A stretch of 32,000 nt of DNA from Pseudomonas aeruginosa (GTDB lineage Bacteria > Pseudomonadota > Gammaproteobacteria > Pseudomonadales > Pseudomonadaceae): assembly GCF_001457615.1 (NCBI RefSeq), contig NZ_LN831024.1:3750001-3782000 (forward strand), read 5' to 3'. The notes under the pieces were generated by a model. The model did not search any database and was not told where the DNA came from. It saw nothing but the letters and a program-made list of their open reading frames with translations. Shown one piece after another: positions 17,092 to 25,563 of this stretch. Numbering within the stretch: the stretch's first letter is position 1; every line of letters starts with the position of its first letter. The translations under genes and the position numbers were made by a program.

Positions 17092-18393
17092 ATGAAGAAG
17101 GCAACACGCATCGGCCTCTGGGCCTCCGGCAGCCTCGTCGCGCTCGCCGCCATCGCCCTCGGCTACGCCTGGCAACCGGCCATCGGGCCACTGGAAGGCA
17201 CACCCGGTCCCTTCAGCGCCGAGCAGATCGCCCGCGGCGAACGCCTCGCCGCCCTCGGCGACTGCGCGGTCTGCCACACTCGCGAAGGCGGCCCGCGCAA
17301 CGCCGGCGGACGGGCCTTGCCGACGCCGTTCGGGACGATCTACAGCAGCAACCTCACGCCGGATCGCGCGAGCGGCATCGGTGGCTGGTCCTACCCCGCC
17401 TTCGAGCGGGCCATGCGGCATGGCGTGGCCCGCGACGGCAGCTACCTGTATCCGGCGTTCCCTTACACCGCCTTCACCAGGACTCGCGACGAAGACCTGA
17501 AGGCCCTGTACGCCTACCTGATGAGCCAGCCGGCGGTGCACAGCGAAACGCCTGCCAACCAGCTGCCGTTCCCCTTCGACCAACGCCAGCTGATGGCCGG
17601 CTGGAACCTGCTGTTCCTGGAGCCCGGCGCCTACCGCGACGAGCCGACGCGCAACCAGCAATGGAACCGCGGCGCCTATCTCGCCGAAGGCCTCGGCCAT
17701 TGCAGCGCCTGCCACTCGCCGCGCAATGCGCTCGGCGCGGAAAAGTCCGGCAGCGCGCACTTCGCCGGCGGCGAGGCGGAGGGCTGGACCGCGCCAGCCT
17801 TGAACGCCAGTTCGCCGGCGCCCATCGCCTGGAGCGAGGAGGCCCTCTACGCCTACCTCCGCCACGGCTATTCGGCCTACCACGGGGTCGCCAGCGGGCC
17901 GATGGCGCCAGTGGTCGGCGAAGGCCTGGCCAAGCAGTCGGACGAGGACCTGCGGGCCCTGGCCCATTACTTTGCGTCCTACGCCGCTGCCCCGGCCGGG
18001 GAAACCGATCAGCAACAGGCGCAACGCCTCGACCGGCAGGGCTACGGCCGCGTGCAACCGCCCAGCGGCAGCGGCGCGCGCCTGTTCGCCGGGGCCTGCC
18101 TGGCCTGCCACCATGACGGCGACGGACCGCGCTTCTTCGGCGTGCGTCCATCCCTGGCGCTGAACAGCAATGTGCATGCGGACAGCCCGGACAACCTGCT
18201 GCGGATCATCCTCGACGGCATCCACAGCCCGGCCACCGGCGACCTCGGCTATATGCCCGGCTTCCGCCACAGCCTCGACGACCGGCAAGTCGCCGCCCTG
18301 GCCAACTACCTGCGCGAGCGTTTCGCCGGCAAGCCCGCCTGGCCGGACCTCGCGGCCAAGGCGGCAAGCCTGCGCCGACAGGCGGCGCCCTGA
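17092..18393 (+). CDS. Triheme cytochrome c (alcohol/aldehyde-dehydrogenase cytochrome subunit type)
   Basis: 433-aa ORF with N-terminal signal/anchor (LWASGSLVALAAIALGYAW) and three CXXCH motifs: CAVCH, CSACH, CLACH. Confidence 0.95.
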   Translation: MKKATRIGLWASGSLVALAAIALGYAWQPAIGPLEGTPGPFSAEQIARGERLAALGDCAVCHTREGGPRNAGGRALPTPFGTIYSSNLTPDRASGIGGWSYPAFERAMRHGVARDGSYLYPAFPYTAFTRTRDEDLKALYAYLMSQPAVHSETPANQLPFPFDQRQLMAGWNLLFLEPGAYRDEPTRNQQWNRGAYLAEGLGHCSACHSPRNALGAEKSGSAHFAGGEAEGWTAPALNASSPAPIAWSEEALYAYLRHGYSAYHGVASGPMAPVVGEGLAKQSDEDLRALAHYFASYAAAPAGETDQQQAQRLDRQGYGRVQPPSGSGARLFAGACLACHHDGDGPRFFGVRPSLALNSNVHADSPDNLLRIILDGIHSPATGDLGYMPGFRHSLDDRQVAALANYLRERFAGKPAWPDLAAKAASLRRQAAP

Positions 18394-18403
18394 AGCATGC
18401 GGC

Positions 18404-19186
18404 TCAGTTGGGCAAGCGCAGGGAGCGGGCGAAGCAACCGGGGGTCTGGCCGAAATGACGCTGGAACAGGCTGATGAACGCCGAGGTGGAGTCGTAGCCA
18501 AGGTCGCTGGCCACCCGCGTCACGCTGGCGCCCTCCTCCAGCGCGGCGACCGCGTTGAGCAGACGCAGGCGCTGGCGCCACTCGCGAAACGACAACTGGG
18601 TCTGCTCGCGGAACAACCGCGCCAGGGTCCGTCGGGACGCCCCCACCAGTCCCGCCCAATCCGAGATGCCGCGCGGATCGGCGGGATCCGCCTGTAGCGC
18701 GTCGGTGATCCGGCGCAAGCGCGGGTCGCCAGGCAACGGCAGGTTCAGCGGCGCCTCGCGAAGGCGCCCGACCTCATCGGCGACCACCTGCATGAGACGC
18801 TCGGCCTCGCCACCCGGCGGATATTCACGGGGAAACTCCGCCGCCCGCAGCAACAGTTCGCGCAGCAGGCCGGACACCTCCAGTACCCGGCAACCGCCGG
18901 GCAGCGAACGATCCAGGTAGAGACTGCGGAACAGCACAGGGTTGCAAGCCTCCGCGGCGTGCCGGACGCCCGGCGGAATCCACAGCGCCCGCTGCGCCGG
19001 CACCAGATAGCTGTGCCGCTCGGTGCTGGCGCGCAAGGTGCCGCTGGCGGCGTACATCAGTTGGCCCCAGGGGTGCTCGTGCATCTCCACCCGGTGCCCG
19101 GTGGGCATCTCGAAGGCGCGCAGGTACACCGCGCAGGGCAGGCTGCGGAATCGCGGCAGGTCGCGTTCTTGTCCCGTTTGCGGCAT
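18404..19186 (-). CDS. AraC-family transcriptional regulator with N-terminal cupin domain
   Basis: MPQTGQERDLPRFRSLPCAVYLRAFEMPTGHRVEMHEHPWGQLMYAASG... (cupin), with C-terminal helix-turn-helix ISDWAGLVGASRRTLARLFREQTQLSFREWRQRLRLLNAVAALEEGASVTRVASDLGYDSTSAFISLFQRHFGQTPG. Internal ATG preferred over the 19585 start. Confidence 0.93.
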   Translation of the reverse strand: MPQTGQERDLPRFRSLPCAVYLRAFEMPTGHRVEMHEHPWGQLMYAASGTLRASTERHSYLVPAQRALWIPPGVRHAAEACNPVLFRSLYLDRSLPGGCRVLEVSGLLRELLLRAAEFPREYPPGGEAERLMQVVADEVGRLREAPLNLPLPGDPRLRRITDALQADPADPRGISDWAGLVGASRRTLARLFREQTQLSFREWRQRLRLLNAVAALEEGASVTRVASDLGYDSTSAFISLFQRHFGQTPGCFARSLRLPN

Positions 19187-19266
19187 CGGTTGTCCCCATC
19201 CGTCGAGTGAGCGGTGCGCGGCCGATGTTAGCGTGTGGCTCCCCATAGACAAACCGGAGCCACGCC

Positions 19267-20088
19267 ATGAGCAGTCATCGCCCGCAACATCGCCTGTCCG
19301 TTCCCGATATCCAGCGCCGCAAGGGTGCCGGCAGCCTGGTGGCGCTGACCGCCTACAGCACGCCCATGGCCCGCCTCCTCGATCCGCATGCCGACCTGCT
19401 GCTGGTCGGCGATTCGCTGGGCATGGTGCTCTATGGCATGCCCAGCACCCTGGGAGTGAGCCTGGAGATGATGGTCGCCCACACCCTGGCGGTGATGCGC
19501 GGCAGTCGGCGCGCCTGCGTGGTGGCCGACTTGCCGTTCGCCAGCTACCAGGAATCGCCCCGACAGGCGTTCCGCAACGCCGCACGCCTGCTGGCCGACA
19601 GCGGCGCCCAGGCGGTGAAGCTGGAAGGCGGTGAGGAAATGGAAGAAACCGTGGACTTCCTGGTACGCCGTGGCATACCGGTGCTCGCCCATATCGGCCT
19701 GATGCCGCAGCAGGTCAACGCCATGGGCGGCTTCAAGGCCCAGGGGCGTGACCCGGAAAGCGCAGAACGGGTACGCCGCGACGGCCTCGCCATGCAGCGC
19801 GGCGGCGCCTTCGCGGTGGTCATCGAAGGCGTAGGCGAGCCGCTGGCCCGTCGCCTTAGCGAAGAACTGGCGATCCCCTGCATCGGTATCGGCGCCTCGC
19901 CGGCCTGCGACGGCCAGGTACTGGTCAGCGAGGACCTGCTCGGGCTAAGCGGCGAACAGGTACCGCGCTTCGTCGAACGCTACGCGCGCCTCGACCGGGA
20001 AATCGACGAGGCGGCCCGGCGCTTCGCCGAGGACGTGCGCGAACGGCGCTTCCCCGAGGCCAGGCATTGCTTCGCCATGCGCGAGTGA
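19267..20088 (+). CDS. 3-methyl-2-oxobutanoate hydroxymethyltransferase-like protein (PanB paralogue)
   Basis: 273-aa ORF: [53 protein letters not shown]...[23 protein letters not shown]...VKLEGGEEM...[20 protein letters not shown]...[21 protein letters not shown]. Metal- and substrate-binding motifs of PanB appear intact. Confidence 0.9.
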
Positions 20089-20098
20089 GCCGGCGGTC

Positions 20099-20824
20099 TC
20101 AGGCGAAGACTTCCGCCAGCAGGTCGTCCATCGCCTGGAAGGCACGCCGGGAGGTCCTGGCGTCATAGTGCATCTTGCCCGGCAGCTTGGCGTTCGGATC
20201 GGTGAAGGAATGCACCGCGCCGCCGTAGCTGGTGAGCTGCCAGTCGACGCCGGCATCGGTCATCTCCCTGGCGAAGGCCGGCAACTGCTCGCGCGGCACC
20301 AGCGGATCGGAGGCACCGTCGAGGACCAGTACCGCGCCCTTGATGTTCCTGGCATGCGCCGGGTCCGGCGTATCCAGGGTGCCATGGAAGGACACGAAGG
20401 CCTTCAGCTCGGCGCCGTCGCGAGCCAGCTCCAGCACGCAGCAACCGCCGAAGCAGAAACCGAAGGCGGCCTGGCGGGTCGTATCGACAGCCGCGAGCGC
20501 CTGTCCGCGCAAGGCCGCCAGCGCTGCCTGCATGCGCTTGCGCAGCAGGGCCCGGTCGTTCTTCAGCGGCATCATCGCCGCGCCCGCCTCGTCGCCGTTC
20601 TGCGGACGCACGTCCCTGCCGTAGAGGTCCGCGACCAGCACCACGTGCCCACGGCCGGCGACCTGCCGGGCGATGTCCAGCGCGGCGGCGCTCACGCCCA
20701 TCCAGTTCGGCGCCATCAGCAGGCCCGGGCGCGGCCCCGCGTGGCTGGCGTCGTACACCAGTTGACCTTCGTACGGCTGCCCATCGATGTCGTAGGCGAC
20801 CGGCTCTACACGAATCTCACTCAT
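20099..20824 (-). CDS. Dienelactone hydrolase family protein
   Basis: MSEIRVEPVAYDIDGQPYEGQLVYDASHAGPRPGLLMAPNWMGVS...AAFGFCFGGCCVLELARDG...LDGASDPLVP...GAVHSFTDPNA: nucleophile Cys in GFCFGG, plus Asp and His of the DLH triad. Confidence 0.93.
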   Translation of the reverse strand: MSEIRVEPVAYDIDGQPYEGQLVYDASHAGPRPGLLMAPNWMGVSAAALDIARQVAGRGHVVLVADLYGRDVRPQNGDEAGAAMMPLKNDRALLRKRMQAALAALRGQALAAVDTTRQAAFGFCFGGCCVLELARDGAELKAFVSFHGTLDTPDPAHARNIKGAVLVLDGASDPLVPREQLPAFAREMTDAGVDWQLTSYGGAVHSFTDPNAKLPGKMHYDARTSRRAFQAMDDLLAEVFA

Positions 20825-20852
20825 GGGTACTGCTCCTGCGAGAGTTGGAAAA

Positions 20853-20880
20853 GACAAAGCCCGCCGAAGCGGGCTTTGTC
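20853..20880 (-). terminator. Rho-independent terminator downstream of htpG
   Basis: On the minus strand GACAAAGCCCGC-TTCG-GCGGGCTTTGTC (12-bp perfect stem with a C(UUCG)G tetraloop) followed by TTTT. Confidence 0.85.
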
Positions 20881-20891
20881 GGGGCTACTGC

Positions 20892-22796
20892 TTAAGCGGA
20901 CAGCTCCACCAGCAGCTTGTTCAGTCGGCGTACGTAGGCGCCCGGATCCTTGAGGCTGTCCCCCGCGGCCAGGGCGGCCTGGTCGAAGAGAATATGCGAC
21001 AGCTCGCCGAAGCGGTCCTCGTCCGGCTCCGCATCCAGCTTCTCGATCAGCGGATGCTGCGGGTTGATCTCGAAGATCGGCTTCGAGTCCGGCACTTTCT
21101 GCCCGCTGGCCTCGAGGATCTGGCGCATCTGCAGGCCAAGGTCCTGTTCGCCGATGGCGAGGATCGCCGGCGAATCGGTCAGGCGGTGGGAAACGCGGAC
21201 TTCGCTGACCTGCTCGTCGAGCACCTTCTTCAGGCGCTCGATCAGGCCTTCCTTGCTCTTGGCGACTTCTTCCTGGGCCTTCTTGTCCTCTTCCGAGTCT
21301 AGGCTGCCCAGGTCCAAGTCGCCGCGGGCGACATCGACGAACTGCTTGCCGTCGAACTCCGGCAGGTAGCTCATCAGCCACTCGTCGATGCGATCGGTGA
21401 GCAGCAGCACCTCGATGCCCTTCTTGCGGAAGACTTCCAGGTGCGGGCTGTTCTTCACCTGCGAGTAGCTCTCGCCGGTGAGGTAGTAGATCTTGTCCTG
21501 GCCTTCCTTCATCCGACCGATGTAGTCGGCCAGCGCTACGCTCTGCTCGCCCGAATCGTCGCCGGTGGAGGCGAAGCGCAGCAGGCCGGCGATCTTCTCC
21601 TTGTTGCCGAAGTCTTCCGCCGGGCCTTCCTTGAGGACCTGGCCGAAGTTCTTCCAGAAGGTCTTGTACTGCTCCGGCTCGTTCTTCGCCAGCTTCTCCA
21701 GCATGTCCAGCACGCGCTTGGTCAACGCCGACTTCATCGAGTCGATCACCGGATCCTTCTGCAGGATTTCCCGGGAGACGTTCAGCGACAGGTCGTTGGA
21801 GTCGACCACACCCTTGATGAAGCGCAGGTACAGCGGCAGGAACTCGTCGGCCTGGTCCATGATGAACACGCGCTGTACGTACAGCTTCAGGCCTCGTGGC
21901 GCCTCGCGATGGTACAGGTCGAACGGCGCGCGGCCCGGCACGTAGAGCAGCGAGGTGTATTCCAGCTTGCCTTCGACCTTGTTGTGGCTCCAGCTCAGCG
22001 GGTTCTCGAAGTCATGGGCGACGTGCTTGTAGAACTCCTGGTATTCCTCGTCCTTCACCTCGGCGCGCGGACGGGTCCACAGCGCGCTGGCGCGGTTGAC
22101 CGTTTCCCATTCCGGCTCGGCCGGCTTGTCGGCCTCTTCGCCGTGGAATTCCTTGGGCAGCTCGATCGGCAAAGCGATGTGATCGGAGTATTTCTTGATC
22201 ACGTTGCGCAGGCGCCAGCCATCGGCGAACTCCTCCTCGCCCTTTTTCAGGTGGAGGACGATGCGGGTACCGCGCTCGGGCTTGTCGATGGTAGCGACGT
22301 CGAACTCGCCCTCGCCCTTCGACGACCAGTGCACCCCTTCGCTGGCCGGCTGGCCGGCGCGACGGGAGTAGACATCGACCTTGTCGGCGACGATGAAGGC
22401 GCTGTAGAAACCGACGCCGAACTGGCCGATCAGGTGCGAATCCTTCTTCTGGTCGCCAGACAAGTTCTTCAGGAAGTCGGCGGTCCCGGACTTGGCGATG
22501 GTGCCCAGGTGAGTCACCACATCCTCGCGGCTCATGCCGATGCCGTTGTCTTCCAGGGTGACGGTGTTGGCTTCCTTGTCGAAGCTGACGCGGATCTTCA
22601 GCTCGGCGCCGCCCTCGAGCAGCTCGGGATTGGCCAGGGCTTCGAAACGCAGCTTGTCGGCGGCGTCCGAGGCGTTGGAAATCAGTTCGCGGAGGAAGAT
22701 TTCCTTGTTCGAATAGAGAGAATGAATCATCAGGTGAAGCAGTTGCTTCACTTCAGTCTGAAAGCCCAGTGTCTCTTTTTGGGTTTCCACGCTCAT
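20892..22796 (-). CDS. htpG: Molecular chaperone HtpG (Hsp90)
   Basis: 634 aa from [53 protein letters not shown]...[13 protein letters not shown]...GVGFYSAF; Hsp90 signature. Confidence 0.98.
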   Translation of the reverse strand: MSVETQKETLGFQTEVKQLLHLMIHSLYSNKEIFLRELISNASDAADKLRFEALANPELLEGGAELKIRVSFDKEANTVTLEDNGIGMSREDVVTHLGTIAKSGTADFLKNLSGDQKKDSHLIGQFGVGFYSAFIVADKVDVYSRRAGQPASEGVHWSSKGEGEFDVATIDKPERGTRIVLHLKKGEEEFADGWRLRNVIKKYSDHIALPIELPKEFHGEEADKPAEPEWETVNRASALWTRPRAEVKDEEYQEFYKHVAHDFENPLSWSHNKVEGKLEYTSLLYVPGRAPFDLYHREAPRGLKLYVQRVFIMDQADEFLPLYLRFIKGVVDSNDLSLNVSREILQKDPVIDSMKSALTKRVLDMLEKLAKNEPEQYKTFWKNFGQVLKEGPAEDFGNKEKIAGLLRFASTGDDSGEQSVALADYIGRMKEGQDKIYYLTGESYSQVKNSPHLEVFRKKGIEVLLLTDRIDEWLMSYLPEFDGKQFVDVARGDLDLGSLDSEEDKKAQEEVAKSKEGLIERLKKVLDEQVSEVRVSHRLTDSPAILAIGEQDLGLQMRQILEASGQKVPDSKPIFEINPQHPLIEKLDAEPDEDRFGELSHILFDQAALAAGDSLKDPGAYVRRLNKLLVELSA

Positions 22797-22848
22797 CGCT
22801 CCAAGCTCCATCAATGACATAAGCCGCGTACCACGGCGGATGTCCCCT

Positions 22849-22876
22849 AGGTGGGGCCTTCTTCCGGCTTTTCAAG
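22849..22876 (-). promoter_or_regulatory. Sigma-32 (RpoH)-type promoter of htpG
   Basis: Minus strand CTTGAAA (22876-22870), 13-nt spacer, CCCCACCT (22856-22849), against consensus CTTGAAA-N11-16-CCCCATnT, about 50 bp upstream of the htpG ATG. Confidence 0.85.
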
Positions 22877-22913
22877 CGCTTATGCGAAAAAACCGCGCAC
22901 CGTCGTGCGACGA

Positions 22914-24143
22914 CTAGCGTTCGAGCAGTTCGAGACGGGCGATCTCCGCCGGGCGCAACAGGTAGCTCACCTCCCCCGCACCGGGCATTTCCCGGCGGAT
23001 CACCAGGCGCCCCTCGCTGTCGAGGCCGGTGAAACGGCCCTCGGCGATACGCCCGCGTACCGTCGTGGCCTTGACCAGGCGCTGGCTGTAGCGCTGCGGT
23101 TCGACCTGGACCAGCTCCAGGTCGAGGGTGGCGTTGCCCGGCGCCGGCAGCGCCTGCGGCTCGGGCGGCGCCGCCGCGGCCACGGTCGCAGGCTCCGCCG
23201 GCAAGGCGGGGAACGCGTCGCCGCGCACCGTCCACTCCCGCCGGGCGTTCTTCTCCAGCGTCAGCTCCAGCACCTGAGCCTGGCCGGCCACCAGGGCCTC
23301 GATACGCAGCGGCCGCGCATGGCTGGCCGCGCGCCAGGACGGCGCCCGCACGAGGCTGACGTCGCGGCTGGCGAAACGTCGCTGCAGATAATCGCGCAAG
23401 ACCAGGGCCAGGGTATCGTCGGAGTCGTAGCCCAGGTCGACCTTGCCGTGCCGATAGCGCAGCCGGTCGGTATACAGCTCGACGTGGCCGCTGAGGGTGG
23501 TCCGGTAGTCGCTCGGCAGGCTCAGGTGGAACTCGCCCTCCAGGCGGTTCGGCGCCTTGGGCCGCAGGTCCAGGTGCAAGGTATAGCCACGCAGGAGACG
23601 ACGTGCCTCGGGCAGGTCCTGATCCGGTTGCAGCCAGCTCAGCTCGACTTCTGGCAACGCGCCGCCGTCCTCGGGCAGCACATCCAGGCGCAGCGCCCCG
23701 AGCGGCTGTGCCGGAAGGCGGATCTGCAGCTCGCGCTGGGCGTAGAAATCGTGCCCCTGGCGCAGGCTCAGCACGCCGCCGATCAACTCGCCGCTCTGCG
23801 GCGCGAAAGGCTTGCCGTTGAACTCCCCGCTGAGCGCGATGGCCAGTTCCGCCGGCGGCCTGGCCTCCGGCTTCAGCCAGCGCAGGCTGAGGATCGCCTC
23901 CAGCCGCGCAGCGTCGTGACTGGCCAGCAGCGCCAGGCCGACCACCAGCGGGATGCAACCCAGCGCGGCCAGCCCGACGCCCTTGCGCGCCGTACGCCAG
24001 TGCACGCCGATATAGGCCAGCGCCACCGGCGGGAAAAGGCTGCCGTAACCCCACAGCAGACCGGTACCGAAGGCCAGGACGATGACCCAGATATAGCCGG
24101 CGACCATCAGCAGCAGGCCGCCCAGAATCAGCAAGGCATCCAT
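22914..24143 (-). CDS. Conserved hypothetical membrane protein
   Basis: 409-aa ORF MDALLILGGLLLMVAGYIWVIVLAFGTGLLWGYGSLFPPVALAYIGVHWRTARKGVGLAALGCIPLVVGLALLASHDAARL: hydrophobic N-terminal segments, then a soluble region of about 300 aa. Confidence 0.75.
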   Translation of the reverse strand: MDALLILGGLLLMVAGYIWVIVLAFGTGLLWGYGSLFPPVALAYIGVHWRTARKGVGLAALGCIPLVVGLALLASHDAARLEAILSLRWLKPEARPPAELAIALSGEFNGKPFAPQSGELIGGVLSLRQGHDFYAQRELQIRLPAQPLGALRLDVLPEDGGALPEVELSWLQPDQDLPEARRLLRGYTLHLDLRPKAPNRLEGEFHLSLPSDYRTTLSGHVELYTDRLRYRHGKVDLGYDSDDTLALVLRDYLQRRFASRDVSLVRAPSWRAASHARPLRIEALVAGQAQVLELTLEKNARREWTVRGDAFPALPAEPATVAAAAPPEPQALPAPGNATLDLELVQVEPQRYSQRLVKATTVRGRIAEGRFTGLDSEGRLVIRREMPGAGEVSYLLRPAEIARLELLER

Positions 24144-24179
24144 CGCGATATCCTCAGCCCACTTTCCGCAGCGTACGGC

Positions 24180-24626
24180 TCACGGCTCGTCCACCTTGAA
24201 ATGCGCCCGCGCAGTGGCGATGGGCTCGCCCTGGGTGGTCTGCCAGGCGTTGATCGCGACGTTCGCCACCCGTCGCCCCTGGCGCCAGACCTGGCATTGC
24301 GCGTAGGTATCGCGGAAGTGCCCGGCACGCAGGTAATCGATGGAGAAATCGATGATCTTCGGCAGGTGCGGAATGCTCATGAAAGTCAGCAGGTGCAACA
24401 TCGCCGCATGCTCCATGAAGCCGGCGATCACGCCGCCATGGATGGCCGGCAGGGTCGGGTTGCCGATGTTGTCCTTGTTCGCCGGCAGGCGGAAGACCAT
24501 GTCGTCGCCCAGGCGCAGGCATTCGATGCCGAGCAGCTTGGCGTACGGGATCAGCTCCACCAGCGGGCTGTAGTCGTTGTTCCGACGCGCGTCGCGGACC
24601 AGTTGCTCGAGGCTGGTCGGGCTCAT
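24180..24626 (-). CDS. Hot-dog fold thioesterase (PaaI-like) 2
   Basis: 148 aa from MSPTSLEQLVRDARRNNDYSPLVELIPYAKLLGIECLRLGDDMVFRLPANKDNIGNPTLPAIHGGVIAGFMEHAAMLHLL: HGGVIAGFME motif. ATG overlaps the stop of the upstream thioesterase. Confidence 0.85.
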   Translation of the reverse strand: MSPTSLEQLVRDARRNNDYSPLVELIPYAKLLGIECLRLGDDMVFRLPANKDNIGNPTLPAIHGGVIAGFMEHAAMLHLLTFMSIPHLPKIIDFSIDYLRAGHFRDTYAQCQVWRQGRRVANVAINAWQTTQGEPIATARAHFKVDEP

Positions 24627-25096
24627 GCCGCACCTCCCTGCGCGGCCGGCCTGGCCGCCCCGGCGCGGGCCGAACCGCCCATGCGCATGAAAGCGCCGAC
24701 GACATGGGCGATGGGCTGGCCCGGATCGTCCTGGTAGGCGAAGCCGCGGGTGAAGATCACGTTCGGCGTGACCCGGTAGCACTCGGCGAAGCCATAGACA
24801 TCCTTGTGCGGTTCGGCGGGATGCATGTAGTCGATGCGCAGGTCGAGCGTCGGGCAGATCTCGAAGTCCGGCAGCACGCAGACCGTGGAAATACCACAGG
24901 TGGTGTCCATCAGGGTGGTGATCGCGCCGCCGTGGACGACCCCGCTTTCCGGGTTGCCGATGATCGCCTGGCTGTAGGGCAGGCGCAGGGTCAGTCCTTT
25001 CTCGTCGGCGGCCTCGACCGTCAACCCCAGCACCTGGCAATGACGCAAGGCCGAGAGAAAGCGCCGGGCGCGCTCGAGGAGAGGATTTTCCGACAT
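24623..25096 (-). CDS. Hot-dog fold thioesterase (PaaI-like) 1
   Basis: 157 aa MSENPLLERARRFLSALRHCQVLGLTVEAADEKGLTLRLPYSQAIIGNPESGVVHGGAITTLMDTTCGISTVC: HGGAITTLMD motif. Confidence 0.88.
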   Translation of the reverse strand: MSENPLLERARRFLSALRHCQVLGLTVEAADEKGLTLRLPYSQAIIGNPESGVVHGGAITTLMDTTCGISTVCVLPDFEICPTLDLRIDYMHPAEPHKDVYGFAECYRVTPNVIFTRGFAYQDDPGQPIAHVVGAFMRMGGSARAGAARPAAQGGAA

Positions 25097-25268
25097 GACG
25101 GCGACCTTGCTGGGAGTTTTCTGGAGGGCGAATCATACCCTGCCGCCAAAGCCCCGGCAGCCGGGGTTTTGGACATAACGATCGAAATAGTCGAAGTGTG
25201 TGGAACTTCACGCCAGCGCAAATGTTCAAAGGGCTACAACGAGGAAAGCCGCACATGGAGGCTAAACG

Positions 25269-25505
25269 ATGAAAAAGACCGTAACTCTTGCCCTGCTGCT
25301 CGCTGCCAGCCTTGGCCTGGCCGCTTGCGACAAGAAAGAGGAAGACAAGGCAGCGGCCCCGGCAGCTCCGGCTACCGAGACCCAGCCGAGCGCTCCGGCT
25401 ACTCCCCCTGCCGAGCCCAGCGCCCCGGCGCCGTCGAGCGACACTCCGGCAACCCCGCAGACTCCGGCACCGACTCCGGAGCAACCGCAACAGAACCAGC
25501 AATAA
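25269..25505 (+). CDS. Small Ala/Pro-rich lipoprotein
   Basis: 78-aa ORF MKKTVTLALLLAASLGLAACDKKEEDKAAAPAAPATETQPSAP...: lipobox LAAC, Asp at +2, low-complexity A/P/T tail. Followed by its own terminator. Confidence 0.85.
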   Translation: MKKTVTLALLLAASLGLAACDKKEEDKAAAPAAPATETQPSAPATPPAEPSAPAPSSDTPATPQTPAPTPEQPQQNQQ

Positions 25506-25528
25506 GTTCTCGTTGACGTACCCTGAAA

Positions 25529-25552
25529 GAGCCCGCGCAAGCGGGCTTTTTC
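25529..25552 (+). terminator. Rho-independent terminator after the lipoprotein gene
   Basis: GAGCCCGC-GCAA-GCGGGCTTTTTC hairpin and T run. Confidence 0.9.
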
Positions 25553-25563
25553 ATGCCCGGGAT

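Noticed and set aside
19187-19585. N-terminal extension of the AraC regulator
   Set aside because: It would overlap the divergent PanB-like gene; the cupin domain begins just after the ATG at 19186.
21441-22817. 458-aa ORF antisense to htpG
   Set aside because: Typical GC-skew shadow ORF; htpG on the opposite strand is unambiguous.
22753-24054. 433-aa minus-strand ORF overlapping the membrane protein and the htpG promoter
   Set aside because: Low-complexity A/G/R-rich shadow frame; it would read through the sigma-32 promoter region.
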